The notes under the pieces: model-generated
The model's input: the letters and a program-made list of their open reading frames with translations, nothing else
Databases searched by the model: none
What the model was told of the DNA's origin: nothing
In this document: piece after piece, positions 1 to 12,379 of the stretch
How positions within the stretch are numbered: position 1 is the first letter of the stretch
How the letters are laid out: each line of letters opens with the position of its first letter
NCBI RefSeq assembly: GCF_051956075.1
Contig: NZ_JBQCGA010000009.1
Location: 49,498 to 113,497 of the forward strand
Direction: 5' to 3'
Origin: Asticcacaulis sp.
GTDB taxonomy: Bacteria > Pseudomonadota > Alphaproteobacteria > Caulobacterales > Caulobacteraceae
DNA length: 64,000 nucleotides
Program-made: the position numbers and the translations under genes

Positions 1-20
1 TTCGCGGAGGCTTTTTTATT

Positions 21-114
21 GACCACGAAAGATACGAAAGGGTGCGAAAATGAGAGCGTAACGCGCTTCTTTCGTGTCTTCGGCGAAGCCGAAGATTTCG
101 TGTATTTCGTGGTT
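21..114. repeat. Nested inverted-repeat element built from CACGAAA/TTTCGTG units
   Basis: accacgaaagatacgaaa (22-39) pairs imperfectly with tttcgtgtatttcgtggt (96-113); internal hairpin TCTTCGGC-gaa-GCCGAAGA (77-95). Confidence 0.6.
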
Positions 115-186
115 ACATATATACGGCCACGCGCTTGACCGCGCGCCGCGCGCAGCCTAACCGTTACGACTGCAACGGAAAGGGTA

Positions 187-1554
187 ATGGCGATGCGTAG
201 AATGATGGCGGCGGCGGCGGTAATGGCGCTGATGGCGGGGGTCGCGCACGCTGAGGACTGGACCGTTAAGCCGCAATGGGTGGCCGCGCATGAAGCCTTC
301 CTGGCCAGTGACGCCTTGCGTGGCCGCGGCAGCGCGACGCCGGACGAAGGCGTGGCCGCGGTCTATGTCGCTTCGGAATTTCAGGCCTATGGTCTCAAGC
401 CCGCGCCGGGCATGGATACCTATCTGCAAACCGCCAAGGTCACGCGCCCGAAACTGAGCGGTCACGCCTTTGTCACGCTCGGCGCCGGGCGCACCGATGA
501 GGGGGCGGGTCTGACGCTACTTTATAGTAACGGCCAGTCGCTGTCCGGCGTGCTGACGGTGGCGGCGTCCGACGATCCCAAGGCGCTGCCGACCGGCGAT
601 GTCGTGCTGATCGCCAATCCCGGCAAGACGCCTCTGTATGGCTGGTGGCGCGCGGCGCGCGAAAAGGGCGTCAAGCTGCTGATCGTGCGCGAGAATGACG
701 ATAGCAAGGCGGCGCTGGCGCGCTTTGGCGGCGTCACCGGCACGGCGCCACAGCTTGAAGGCGGGCAAAACGGCATGGGCGGCGCGCGCCCCGACCTGAT
801 CGCCCTGTCGGACGCAGCTTTCGACGCGGCGGCCAAGGCGGGCGGCCAGAGCCTGACGCTGGATCTCAACGGCGCGACAACGGACAAATCTGTTACCACC
901 AACGCCATCGGCTGGCTGCAAGGCACGGACCCGAAGGCGGGCGTGATCCTGATCTCGGCCCATCTCGACCATCTCGGCGTCAGGCCCGATGGCGTGATCA
1001 TGCACGGCGCCAATGACGATGCGTCGGGCACGACAGCGGTGATGGAGGTTGCGCACGCGCTGGCTTCCGGCAAACCGCCGCGCCGTTCGATCCTGTTCGT
1101 CGCCTATGGCTCTGAGGAGATCGGCGGTCTGGGCTCGACATACTTCGGCGCGCATCCGCCTGTTCCGCTCTCCGACATCGTGACCAATCTCGAATTTGAA
1201 ATGATCGGCGCGCATGACCCCAAGATGGCGCCGGGCGAGATGATGATGACCGGCTTTGACCGCTCCAATCTCGGCCCGACTTTGAAAGCGCATGGAGCTT
1301 TGGTGGCGCCCGACCTCTATCCGGACCAGCACTTCTTTGAGCGTTCGGACAACTATTCGCTGGCGCTCAAAGGCATTGTCGCCCACACGATTTCCGGCTG
1401 GGCGGTGACGCCGACCTATCACGATCCCTCCGACACCATCGCCAATCTGGACATTCCGTTCATGACTCAGGCGATCCAGTCCCTGATCGTTCCGGTCGAA
1501 TATCTGGCCAACAGCGACTTCACCCCGGCCTGGGCGCCGGGCGGGAAACCGTAA
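187..1554 (+). CDS. Secreted M28 family metallopeptidase
   Basis: Signal peptide ending AHA; zinc-ligand motifs SAHLDH, GANDDASG, GSEEIG, NLEFEMIG, YHDPSD. Confidence 0.9.
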   Translation: MAMRRMMAAAAVMALMAGVAHAEDWTVKPQWVAAHEAFLASDALRGRGSATPDEGVAAVYVASEFQAYGLKPAPGMDTYLQTAKVTRPKLSGHAFVTLGAGRTDEGAGLTLLYSNGQSLSGVLTVAASDDPKALPTGDVVLIANPGKTPLYGWWRAAREKGVKLLIVRENDDSKAALARFGGVTGTAPQLEGGQNGMGGARPDLIALSDAAFDAAAKAGGQSLTLDLNGATTDKSVTTNAIGWLQGTDPKAGVILISAHLDHLGVRPDGVIMHGANDDASGTTAVMEVAHALASGKPPRRSILFVAYGSEEIGGLGSTYFGAHPPVPLSDIVTNLEFEMIGAHDPKMAPGEMMMTGFDRSNLGPTLKAHGALVAPDLYPDQHFFERSDNYSLALKGIVAHTISGWAVTPTYHDPSDTIANLDIPFMTQAIQSLIVPVEYLANSDFTPAWAPGGKP

Positions 1555-1557
1555 AAC

Positions 1558-1896
1558 CTAGAAAGGCCCGCGCGACGCAATGGCGTCAAAGGTTTTTTGC
1601 AGTTCGGCGAGGCGATCCCGATAGGCGTTTTTGATGCAGGCGACATCGCGTCCGCACCGGGCGCGGCGCGTCAGCCACAAAACCTGCGCATCCTGAATGT
1701 CGCCGCGCTGGCCCATGGCGACGAGACGGGTATCGACCTGATAGAGCGTCGCCATCTTCACGTCGAGTTCGCTCAAACGCCGGTTGGCGCAGACGGCTTT
1801 TTCGTCGGGCGCCCTGGCTTTGGCGCAATCGAAGCTGGCGGCGCACGCCGGCGAGGCCAGGGCGAAAAGGGCGAAGGTGAGACAAAGGCGGCTCAT
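1558..1896 (-). CDS. LprI/DUF1311-type secreted protein (lysozyme inhibitor family)
   Basis: Signal peptide then ASFDCAKA..EKAVC and a C-terminal C..D..C..Y..R pattern. Confidence 0.8.
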   Translation of the reverse strand: MSRLCLTFALFALASPACAASFDCAKARAPDEKAVCANRRLSELDVKMATLYQVDTRLVAMGQRGDIQDAQVLWLTRRARCGRDVACIKNAYRDRLAELQKTFDAIASRGPF

Positions 1897-2003
1897 AAGA
1901 GATCTCCATATGGGTCGAGACTTAACCGTATCTCCAGACCGGGCGGCAATGGACTTGCGACCCTATAACCCTAAAAAAGTTGCAAGCTTTGCCGCGCCAC
2001 GCC

Positions 2004-2031
2004 CTTGAAGGGCATGACTCGTTTCCCATAT
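2004..2031 (+). promoter_or_regulatory. Sigma32 (RpoH) promoter of dnaKJ
   Basis: CTTGAA (2004-2009), 15-nt spacer, CCCATAT (2025-2031) upstream of dnaK; a second CTTGAA at 2077-2082. Confidence 0.75.
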
Positions 2032-2193
2032 CCGTGACAACCTTTCAGGCTTTTGCGCGCGTAAAACCGCGCGGGGCTTGAATTTTCCCGCAACTTCATC
2101 TTAACGGGGATGGATCATCGCGGCGCTTGTCTTTAAAAGGCCGCCCATTCGGTAAAGATCATCCATTCGCCTCAACGGAGCAGATATAGAAAC

Positions 2194-4086
<1,893 letters not shown>

Positions 4087-4279
4087 GGGCGTTGAGGATG
4101 ACCGCGCGCAATCGCTTTTTGAGAGGCGCGGGGTCCGCAAACATCGTGCGGACGGCGGCGGGGTTTGACTCCCTGTCGCCGTCGCGGCACAAACTCTTTC
4201 CCAGATATGACAATCTGACCGCCCGATTCGGACGCAGCACATTTGCGTCTGCGCATGGGCGGACTTCGGGGCCAGTAGG

Positions 4280-5461
4280 ATGAGCAAGCGTTGTTATTAT
4301 GAAGTGCTGGGGGTCGAGCGCACCGTCGATGAGGTGACGCTGAAATCCGCCTTCCGTAAAAAGGCGATGGAGCATCACCCCGACCGCAATCAGGGCGACG
4401 CTCAGGCCGAGGCGCGCTTCAAAGAGGTCAATGAGGCCTATTCGGTGCTGTCCGATGGCAATAAGCGCGCGGCCTATGACCGTTTCGGCCATGAGGGCGT
4501 GAATGGCGGCCCCGGCGGCATGGGCGGCGGTTTTGGCGGCTTCGGCGGCGGCGCGCAGGGCTTCTCGAACGTCGAAGACATCTTCTCCGAAATGTTCGGC
4601 GACATTTTCGGCCAGCAGCAGCGCCGTCCGGGCGGCCCACAGCGCGGCGCCGATGTGCGCTTCGATTATGAAATCACGCTGGAGCAGGCCTATAAGGGCG
4701 CCGAGGTCGAGATCACCGTCCCGACGACCATGACCTGCGAGTCCTGCCACGGCTCCGGCGCCAAGGCGGGCACCAAGCCGCAGACCTGCGCGACCTGCGC
4801 CGGTCATGGCCGCGTGCGCACCTCGAACGGCTTTTTTGCGGTCGAGCGCGCCTGTCCGGCCTGTAACGGTCAGGGTCAGACGATCAAGGAGCCCTGCTCC
4901 GACTGCCGCGGCCACGGTCAGGTGCGCAAGAACCGCGACCTGAAGGTGCGCATCCCGGCGGGCGTTGACGACGGCGCGCGTATCCTGCTGAAGGGCGAAG
5001 GTCAGGCGGGCGCCAAGGGCGGCCCCAAGGGCGATCTCTACATCTTCCTCAGCGTGGCCGAACACGACCTGTTCGAGCGCGACGGCCTCGATCTGCATTG
5101 CTCGATCCCGGCGCCGATGGCGACCGCCGTATTGGGCGGCGTACTGGAGGTGCCGTGCCTGATGGGCGGCGAGAATTGCGACGGCCAGTGTAAGCTGGAG
5201 GTCGTCATCCCCGAAGGCGCCCAGACCGGTCATAAGGTCAAGCTGAAAGGCCGCGGCATGCCGGGCCTGAACTCGCGCGCCAAGGGCGATCTGATCGTCG
5301 AACTGTTCGTCGAGACGCCCAAGAATCTCAATGCGCGCCAGAAAGAGCTGATGAAGGAATTCGCCGAGATTTCCGAGGCGCAGTCCTATGCGCAGTCGCA
5401 AGGCTTCATGCGCCGCGCTCGCCGTTTCTGGGACGACATCACCGGCGCGGCGGCGCAATAG
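4280..5461 (+). CDS. dnaJ: Chaperone DnaJ
   Basis: J domain with HPD, G/F-rich region, four CxxCxGxG repeats; follows dnaK. Confidence 0.99.
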   Translation: MSKRCYYEVLGVERTVDEVTLKSAFRKKAMEHHPDRNQGDAQAEARFKEVNEAYSVLSDGNKRAAYDRFGHEGVNGGPGGMGGGFGGFGGGAQGFSNVEDIFSEMFGDIFGQQQRRPGGPQRGADVRFDYEITLEQAYKGAEVEITVPTTMTCESCHGSGAKAGTKPQTCATCAGHGRVRTSNGFFAVERACPACNGQGQTIKEPCSDCRGHGQVRKNRDLKVRIPAGVDDGARILLKGEGQAGAKGGPKGDLYIFLSVAEHDLFERDGLDLHCSIPAPMATAVLGGVLEVPCLMGGENCDGQCKLEVVIPEGAQTGHKVKLKGRGMPGLNSRAKGDLIVELFVETPKNLNARQKELMKEFAEISEAQSYAQSQGFMRRARRFWDDITGAAAQ

Positions 5462-5563
5462 GATCGGCGTAAATTTTGGCTGTCGCGCATTTTATCGGTT
5501 GAGCGCAGCCGGGCTTTAGCTTAGGTTCCGCGCCGTTGTCCGCCCCCTCGGGGGCGTTGATAA

Positions 5564-5640
5564 GCGCCCGTAGCTCAGCTGGATAGAGCGTTGCCCTCCG
5601 AAGGCAAAGGCCGTGCGTTCGAATCGCGCCGGGCGCGCCA
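5564..5640 (+). tRNA. tRNA-Arg(CCG)
   Basis: 77-nt cloverleaf: GCGCCCG acceptor stem, anticodon arm TTGCC-CTCCGAA-GGCAA, TTCGAAT T-loop, 3' CCA. Confidence 0.97.
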
Positions 5641-5799
5641 TATTTTATAAGGGTTTGAGAGGCGTCGTCCGCCTTTCTAAAAATCTCGCTCCAACACGCT
5701 GTGTCGTGACGTCGATCTCAGCGATTCCGAAAATTGTAACAGAGCCCAACCACCAATCCCCGCACTTGAAAATCCCGGTCGCGTCTGTAGGTTGGCGGC

Positions 5800-7104
5800 A
5801 TGTTGGGGATCAGGCGTCTGCCGTTGAAAATTCGACTGCCGTTGATACACGGCGCGCTGGGTTGGCTGGGCCGTCGGCGTCAAAAGCGCTGGGTCAAGGC
5901 GGGCGCCATGACGCCCTCAACGGGTTTGTTTGTCGTGTCCGGCTTTTTCAGCGAGACGCTGGGGATCGGGCGCGGCGGTCAGTTGAGCGCCGACGCGTTT
6001 GACGCCGCCGGTTTTAAGCCTGTCCGTCACGACCTGCGCCCGGCCTTTCGCAAGCTGTTGACGGGTCGCGCGCGCTTGCCTGGAAAGGGCGGCGTGTGGT
6101 TTCTGCACGCGAATGCGCCGGAATGTCTGGTTGCGTTTCTGGCGCACGATCCGAAGTCCTGGGCGGATCGCTACCGCATCGGCTACTGGGCGTGGGAGAC
6201 GCCGCGCGCGCCGGATGACTGGGTATGGCTGGCCGATTATCTGCACGAAATCTGGGTTCCGAGTCAGTTTGTCCGCGACGCCCTGATCGCCGCCTTCGCC
6301 GCCGCGGGCCGAGAGGATCTCAGCGACCGGCTGCGCGTCATGCCGCACCCCGTGCCGCTCAGCCCGCCCGTGCGTTACGATTATGCGCATCTGCGTTTCG
6401 GCATGGCGCCGGAGCTGTGCGAAGTTTTGAGCCTGTTCGATGTCAAATCCTCGCCTGCGCGCAAGAATCCGTGGGCGGTTCTCGATGTCTGGAAGCGCGC
6501 CTTCCCGCTGCCGTCCGATACGGCGCGGCTGACGCTGAAGATTTCCGACCTGTCCGGCGATGCGAAGACGGCGCGCCGCCTGTTGCGCGAACTGAAGGGA
6601 CGTCCCGATATCCGCCTGTTTGAAGAGCGTCTGAGCCCGGCGGATATGGACGCCTTCGTCGCCGGGTTCGACATGTTGATCTCGCTGCATCGCGCGGAAG
6701 GGTTCGGCCTGCCTCTGGCCGAGGCGATGGCGGCGGAGGTCGCGGTGATCGCGACCGGCTGGTCGGGCAATCTCGATTTCATGACGGAGAGCAACAGCCG
6801 CCTGATTCCGGTCCGGCTGGTTCCGCTGCGCGACCCGGACGGTCCCTATTGCCGCCAGTCGGACAAACCCGGTCAGGTCTGGGCCGAGCCCGATCACATC
6901 GCCGCCATCGACGCCCTACTGGAGCTGACGCAGTCCGAAGGCAAGCGCCGCGATCTGGTCTTCGCTGCGCGTCAGGCCGTGCGCGCCCTCAGCGAAGCTT
7001 GGCGGCGCGAAAGGCTGGACGCCCTGCCGTTCAGGGGTTTTTTGCCGGTCGCGTCGCCATCGCCCACGCCCAGCCCAGAAAAAGCGCGAACGCGGCGGCG
7101 ATGA
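5800..7104 (+). CDS. GT4-type glycosyltransferase (polysaccharide/O-antigen)
   Basis: RIGYWAWE, RKNPWAV, SLHRAEGFGLPLAEAMA motifs; start could be 5800 or slightly later. Confidence 0.85.
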   Translation: MLGIRRLPLKIRLPLIHGALGWLGRRRQKRWVKAGAMTPSTGLFVVSGFFSETLGIGRGGQLSADAFDAAGFKPVRHDLRPAFRKLLTGRARLPGKGGVWFLHANAPECLVAFLAHDPKSWADRYRIGYWAWETPRAPDDWVWLADYLHEIWVPSQFVRDALIAAFAAAGREDLSDRLRVMPHPVPLSPPVRYDYAHLRFGMAPELCEVLSLFDVKSSPARKNPWAVLDVWKRAFPLPSDTARLTLKISDLSGDAKTARRLLRELKGRPDIRLFEERLSPADMDAFVAGFDMLISLHRAEGFGLPLAEAMAAEVAVIATGWSGNLDFMTESNSRLIPVRLVPLRDPDGPYCRQSDKPGQVWAEPDHIAAIDALLELTQSEGKRRDLVFAARQAVRALSEAWRRERLDALPFRGFLPVASPSPTPSPEKARTRRR

Positions 7105-7417
7105 CGGCGTGTGCGGGCAGGTCCGCGGCGCCGTGCAGGTCGCGGTCGGTGTTGTCCAAGGTCACTGGCATCGAAAAATCGTCCGTCGTGCTGTTTCTCG
7201 ATGCGCTGGAAAAAGACGGCTGGGTCGAACGGCGCCCACACCCAGGCGACCGCCGCGCCCATCGGTGCATCTGACCGAAAATGGGCGCGCGCGCTTCACG
7301 CAGATCGGCCTGAAGCTCAAAACGGCGCAGGACGAGGCTCTGTCCGTGTTTGCGCCCGACGAGCGTGAGGCGTTTGAGCGCTACCTCCTGCGTTTGATAG
7401 AGGGGTTGAGCCGCTGA
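7101..7417 (+). pseudogene. Frameshifted MarR-family regulator
   Basis: Frame 1 gives LSKVTGIEKSSVVLFLDALEKDGWVERRPHPGDRRAH then stops at 7274; a second frame continues SVHLTENGRA..LIEGLSR to 7417; restoring one T near 7263 gives DRRAHSVHLT. Confidence 0.8.
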
Positions 7418-7419
7418 CC

Positions 7420-9309
7420 CTAGGCGGCGCGCACGGACTGAAGGAAGTCCGCCGCCGTCGTTTTCAGCAGGCGCGTCTGGTCTCTCAAGGCCTGGGCCTC
7501 GGACAGAGCCTCTTCGGCCTCCTGACGCGTGCTCTGGGCGGTTCCGGCGACCTCCGACAGAGCGTCGTTGATGCCATGCGCCGCGCTGGCGACTTCTGAG
7601 GTTGAGCGGGAAATCTCTCCGACCGCCGCTGTCTGCTGGGTGACCGCTGCGGAAATGCTGGTCGAGATGTCGCGCATCGCCATGACCATGTCCGCAATCG
7701 CCGTCATAGCCTCGCCCGCTTCGCGCGTCGCCGTCTGGACATTGCGAATCTGGACGCCGATTTCGTCTGTAGCCTTGGCGGTCTGCTGCGCCAGTTGCTT
7801 GACCTCGGTGGCGACGACGCTGAAGCCGCGTCCGGCATCGCCTGCGCGCGCAGCCTCAATGGTGGCGTTCAGCGCCAGCAGATTGGTTTGCGACGCGATG
7901 CCAGCGATCAGGTTGAGCGTATCGCCGATACGGTTGGCCGCTTCGGTCAGCACGCCCACCTTTGACGTCGCGTCCTGAGCGCGCGCGGCCGCTGAGGTCG
8001 AGGCCTCGGCGGCGTGCTCGGCCTGTCCGGCGATGGCGTTGCTGGAGGCGGCCATTTCTTCGGTGGCGCCCGCGACGGACTGGACATTGCCGTTGCTGAT
8101 CTCCATGGCCTGAGCGACGTCCTGCGTGCGCGCCCGCGTCTGCTCGGCGTGGGTCGACAGACCGGACGCGGTCAGGCTCAGTGCGTGCGCGGCGCGATCA
8201 AGGCGTTCGACAATGCTCATGACCGACGATTCAAACGCATCGGCCATGTGCATCATGGCGGCGCGACGCTGATTGATTCCGTCTTCTTCGAGTCGATGCT
8301 GCATCAAACGCATGCGCTCGGTCTCCGCCAGATTGTCTTTGAAGGCCAGCAGGGTCGCAACGATCACGCCGGTTTCATGACGGTCTGTCTGATACGGAAT
8401 CTCGCCCACAGCTTCGCCGCGCGTCAGTTGCGTCATCAGGCCGGACAGCCGCTTCAAGCGCTGCGTCAGGCCCAGCGCGATCACGCTCGTGAACGCCAGC
8501 GCGGCCAGAAGGACGGCCGCCGCCCCGCCGAGTTCGGCGAACATGATTTCACGCGCATGGTTGATGCGCGTGCTTAAAAGCCCGACAAGATCGCGCTGCG
8601 CCGGAGCGAACAGGGCGTTGGTCGCCGTCAGAAAAGCGTCGTAACTGGCCGGATCGGGCGCATTGCGGAATGCGTTTGCGTTTGTCTTCAATCGGGCCAG
8701 GGCCTCGGCGGTGTCTTGGGGCAGACTTTTCGACGGCATATAGCCGCCGGACTTGCTCAGAGAATCGTCGATGGATGCAATGGCGCCGTCAAACGCCGCC
8801 AGCGCCATCTCTTTGCGCGCATCGTCGGCGTTGGTTTGCGCCGTCAGCCATTCGCGCCCGGCTAGGACGAGCGCTGGCGCTTTCACCGCCGTGGCGTCCA
8901 TCATATAGAAGCTGTCCAGATCCGGATCGAGGATCAGGCCGGAAGCGTCGGTGATCCGCGCCATGCTCGCATTACCGGCGTCCATCAGGTCGCGTCCGGT
9001 CAGGCGGTCGAACCGAGGCGTCTCGGAACCCCCGAGCAGATCTTTATGCGATACGGCGTAGTCGTTCAGTGCGCGCACATCCTCCGCGCTCGGCGCGCGA
9101 TGCGCGGCGCCTGCCAGCATCAGCGGCCATACCTTTTGCAAATAAACGGCGCCGGCGCGCTCACGACTGGCGAAATGGATCGTTCGCTCATGAGTCTGGA
9201 ACAACAGCCATCCGGTCAAAAGAACCGGGAAAACCATCAGGAGGCTGAGCAGACGCATGCGCCCGGCCAAACTTATACGCGCATTGACGCCATCCAGAAA
9301 TTGCAACAT
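7420..9309 (-). CDS. Methyl-accepting chemotaxis protein
   Basis: Two TM segments, periplasmic domain, [24 protein letters not shown] signalling domain; start placed at MLQFLD (9309), upstream part of the track ORF looks non-coding. Confidence 0.95.
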   Translation of the reverse strand: MLQFLDGVNARISLAGRMRLLSLLMVFPVLLTGWLLFQTHERTIHFASRERAGAVYLQKVWPLMLAGAAHRAPSAEDVRALNDYAVSHKDLLGGSETPRFDRLTGRDLMDAGNASMARITDASGLILDPDLDSFYMMDATAVKAPALVLAGREWLTAQTNADDARKEMALAAFDGAIASIDDSLSKSGGYMPSKSLPQDTAEALARLKTNANAFRNAPDPASYDAFLTATNALFAPAQRDLVGLLSTRINHAREIMFAELGGAAAVLLAALAFTSVIALGLTQRLKRLSGLMTQLTRGEAVGEIPYQTDRHETGVIVATLLAFKDNLAETERMRLMQHRLEEDGINQRRAAMMHMADAFESSVMSIVERLDRAAHALSLTASGLSTHAEQTRARTQDVAQAMEISNGNVQSVAGATEEMAASSNAIAGQAEHAAEASTSAAARAQDATSKVGVLTEAANRIGDTLNLIAGIASQTNLLALNATIEAARAGDAGRGFSVVATEVKQLAQQTAKATDEIGVQIRNVQTATREAGEAMTAIADMVMAMRDISTSISAAVTQQTAAVGEISRSTSEVASAAHGINDALSEVAGTAQSTRQEAEEALSEAQALRDQTRLLKTTAADFLQSVRAA

Positions 9310-9623
9310 GTGCGCCACGCAACCTATTGTTTTTACCGAAATTTCAAATGTAACAGTCGAAATGCTACGTCGTGGCTTAAAAGTTCGTAAAAAAAATGCG
9401 GCAGCAAAAAATTTCCATAAATTTATCATGGAAATCAAAATGTCGGAAATTTTCCTATCGAGCCTTAACACTGCCGCAAATGGTCAGCGCCACTCTGCGC
9501 TGCTCGCGCGCGGAGAGGCATGGCGATGAGGCCGCGCATCGGGAAGGGAGCGCTTCCAGCCGATTTGACAATCTGCCGCGACGGCGGCGATAAGAAGCAA
9601 ACAACCACAACACATGGGATGAA

Positions 9624-10754
9624 ATGTCACACACCGCCGCCCCAATACAGGACGCCCCAGCGCCTGACGCCACCGCAACCGGCAAACCGCATTATGAGGT
9701 TCTGGACGGGCTGCGCGGCACGGCCGCCGTGCTGGTCGTGCTGTTTCATATCATGGGCATGACCGCTAACTGGTCGGATAACGGCCAGTTGGTGCATCAC
9801 GGCCATCTGGCGGTCGATTTCTTCTTCACCCTGTCGGGCTTTGTGATCGGCTACGCCTATAATGACCGCTGGGGGCGGATGGGCCTTAAACAGTTCTTCC
9901 TGACGCGGCTGGTGCGGTTGCATCCGCTGGTGCTGCTGGGGGCGGTGCTGGGCGTGCTGAGTTTTGTGTTTGACCCGTTCGCAGGCGCCACCCAGTCCGT
10001 GATCCCTTTACGCACCGTCGCTATCGACTTTGTGCTGATTGCGTTTCTGTTGCCGCATTCGCCGCTGCCGAACCGCTGGACCGACACGCACAGCCTGAAC
10101 AGTCCGGCCTGGTCTTTGTTACAGGAATATATCGGCAATATCGCCTATGCGCTGATCCTGCGCCGCCTCAAGGCGCGCTGGTTGTTCGCGATCCTGATCG
10201 TCACCGGCGCAGGTCTGATCTGGTGCGCGGCGCAAAACAACAGCATGGACATGGGCTCAGATTTCGGCAGTTATTGGCGCGGCACATTGCGCATGGCGTT
10301 TTCATTCACGCTGGGCCTGTGGCTCTATCGCATGCATGACCGATTCCCGAAGCTGCGTCCCGGCTGGATCGTCCTCAGCCTGGTTCTGATCGCAGCCATG
10401 TGCGCGCCGCGCATCCCGCAGAGCGTGGCGCACGCCAATGGTCTGCTGGAAGTGGCGATGGTGATCCTGCTGTTTCCGCTGATCGTGCTTTTAGGCGCGC
10501 ATTCTCAGATCGGACGCGCCGAGATGGCGGCGTGCAAGTTTGCGGGCCATATTTCCTACCCGATCTACATTCTGCACTACCCGTTCCTGTTCATCTATAT
10601 GAACTACGTCAATTTCCGCCATCCGCCGATGCAGGACCGGCTGTTATGGGCCAGCGTCGCCTTTATCGTGGTGGTCGGGTTTGCCTGGTCGGCGCTGAAA
10701 CTCTATGACGAGCCGATCCGCCGGGCGCTGAAGCCCCTTACGCTGAAACGCTGA
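9624..10754 (+). CDS. Acyltransferase family 3 (OafA-like membrane protein)
   Basis: LDGLRG..VVLFH, VDFFFTLSGF, RLVRLHP, ISYPIYILH motifs; multi-TM. Confidence 0.9.
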   Translation: MSHTAAPIQDAPAPDATATGKPHYEVLDGLRGTAAVLVVLFHIMGMTANWSDNGQLVHHGHLAVDFFFTLSGFVIGYAYNDRWGRMGLKQFFLTRLVRLHPLVLLGAVLGVLSFVFDPFAGATQSVIPLRTVAIDFVLIAFLLPHSPLPNRWTDTHSLNSPAWSLLQEYIGNIAYALILRRLKARWLFAILIVTGAGLIWCAAQNNSMDMGSDFGSYWRGTLRMAFSFTLGLWLYRMHDRFPKLRPGWIVLSLVLIAAMCAPRIPQSVAHANGLLEVAMVILLFPLIVLLGAHSQIGRAEMAACKFAGHISYPIYILHYPFLFIYMNYVNFRHPPMQDRLLWASVAFIVVVGFAWSALKLYDEPIRRALKPLTLKR

Positions 10755-10879
10755 CCCTCAAACGCAGACGCGCGGCTGACTTGTCAGGCGGCGGGAAGCT
10801 GTATAGCCTTCGGTCATAAGCGGCGCGTCGCCAAAGCGATGACAGGCCGCAGGACCAGGTCTCAGGAAGGATTGGAACC

Positions 10880-12376
10880 ATGCGCACAGGAAGTCTCGCT
10901 CTGATGGCGAGTGTTACCGCTATCATGCTGGCGGCCCTGCCCGCCTATGCCCAGCAAAAGGCGGCCTCGACCCCACCGCCGATGACCGCGAACACCGCCT
11001 ATGTCGATGCGCCGCAGCCGCCCTTCGCGCACCATCCCGGCGACGGCAAGGGCGCCTATGCGACGGGCCATTATCATAATCTGTTCGCAGAGCGCCTTGG
11101 CGTCAGCCCGGCTCAGACGCATCAGAGGATCGAAGACGCCTTCCGGCAGCTTTTCCACGGCGACGGTCAGGAAGAGCGCGTCTATTTCGAGACCGGCGCC
11201 AACGCCAACGGAACCCTGGCCTATATCACCGACTGGGCCAATAATGATGCGCGCACCGAGGGCATGAGCTACGGCATGATGATCGCCGTGCAGCTCAATA
11301 AGAAGCGCGAATTCGACGCCCTGTGGAACTGGGCGCATACCTATATGCTGATCACTGACCCGAACAATCCGTCGCGCGGCTATTTCGCCTGGTCGATGGG
11401 CACGGATGGGTCGCCGCGTTCGGTCAGCGCCGCGCCGGACGGTGAGGAATATTTCGTCATGGCCCTCTATTTCGCCGCCAATCGCTGGGGCAATGGCAAG
11501 GGCATCTATAATTATAAGGCCGAAGCCGACAAAATCCTGCGCGGTATGCGCCACCATCCGGTTTTGACTGGAACAACGCCGTTCCGCATCCACCCTGACG
11601 ATGCGCCCTTCGTTCCGCCCGCGACGCCGTGGCCCAGCCCGAACAACCGCGCCATGCAGGCTCAGGCGGAAAAAGACGGCAAACCTCTGCCCTCCTTTCA
11701 TTTCAGCAATGCGCCGCGCCCGGTTACGGTCGGACCGATGGTCGATGAAGCCCACACCATGATCCGCTTCGTACCCGAAACCAATGTCACCGGCACGGAC
11801 GCCTCCTATCATCTGCCCGCTTTTTATGAGTTGTGGTCGCGCTGGGGGCCGAAAGAGGATCGCGCCTTCTGGGCCAGGGCGGCCGATGTCAGCCGCGACT
11901 TTTTCGACCGTGTGACCGATCCGAAGACGGGTCTTGCGCCCGACCGCAGCCATTTCGACGGCTCGACGCTGCTGACCTGGGACGGCCAGCCCGATCCGTT
12001 CGGTTACGATAGCTGGCGCACGATCAGCAATTGGTCGGTCGATTATAGCTGGTGGGGCAAGGCGGCGAACGAAACGACGCTCAGCGACCGCCAGCAGAAC
12101 TTCCTCTATGCTCAGGGCGTGGATCGTTTCGCCGATCGTTACACCCTGGACGGCAAGCCCCTGTCCACGCGCTATTCGGTCGGCATGGCTTCGACTGCGG
12201 CAGTCGGCAGTCTGGCGGCGACGCCAGGCGCGACTTCGGACGCCTTCCTTAAAGCCCTGTGGGACACGCCGACCCCTTCGGGCGAGCAGCGCTATTTCGA
12301 CGGCATGCTGTACCTGATGAGCCTGATGCACGTAAGCGGAGAGTTCCGCATCATCATGCCGCATACAGGGAAATAA
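10880..12376 (+). CDS. Secreted glycoside hydrolase family 8 (xylanase / reducing-end oligoxylanase-like)
   Basis: Signal peptide; TEGMSYGMM, APDGEEY, DASYHLPAFY, YDSWR, RYFDGMLY motifs. Confidence 0.88.
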   Translation: MRTGSLALMASVTAIMLAALPAYAQQKAASTPPPMTANTAYVDAPQPPFAHHPGDGKGAYATGHYHNLFAERLGVSPAQTHQRIEDAFRQLFHGDGQEERVYFETGANANGTLAYITDWANNDARTEGMSYGMMIAVQLNKKREFDALWNWAHTYMLITDPNNPSRGYFAWSMGTDGSPRSVSAAPDGEEYFVMALYFAANRWGNGKGIYNYKAEADKILRGMRHHPVLTGTTPFRIHPDDAPFVPPATPWPSPNNRAMQAQAEKDGKPLPSFHFSNAPRPVTVGPMVDEAHTMIRFVPETNVTGTDASYHLPAFYELWSRWGPKEDRAFWARAADVSRDFFDRVTDPKTGLAPDRSHFDGSTLLTWDGQPDPFGYDSWRTISNWSVDYSWWGKAANETTLSDRQQNFLYAQGVDRFADRYTLDGKPLSTRYSVGMASTAAVGSLAATPGATSDAFLKALWDTPTPSGEQRYFDGMLYLMSLMHVSGEFRIIMPHTGK

Positions 12377-12379
12377 GCG

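Noticed and set aside
5150-5200. Extra Cys cluster (PCLMGGENCDGQC) in the DnaJ C-terminal domain
   Set aside because: I recall a similar insert in Caulobacter DnaJ, so it is probably a family trait
5641-5799. Possible integrative-element attachment site after tRNA-Arg
   Set aside because: The AT-rich flank is suggestive, but there is no integrase and I found no duplicate of the tRNA 3' end in the window
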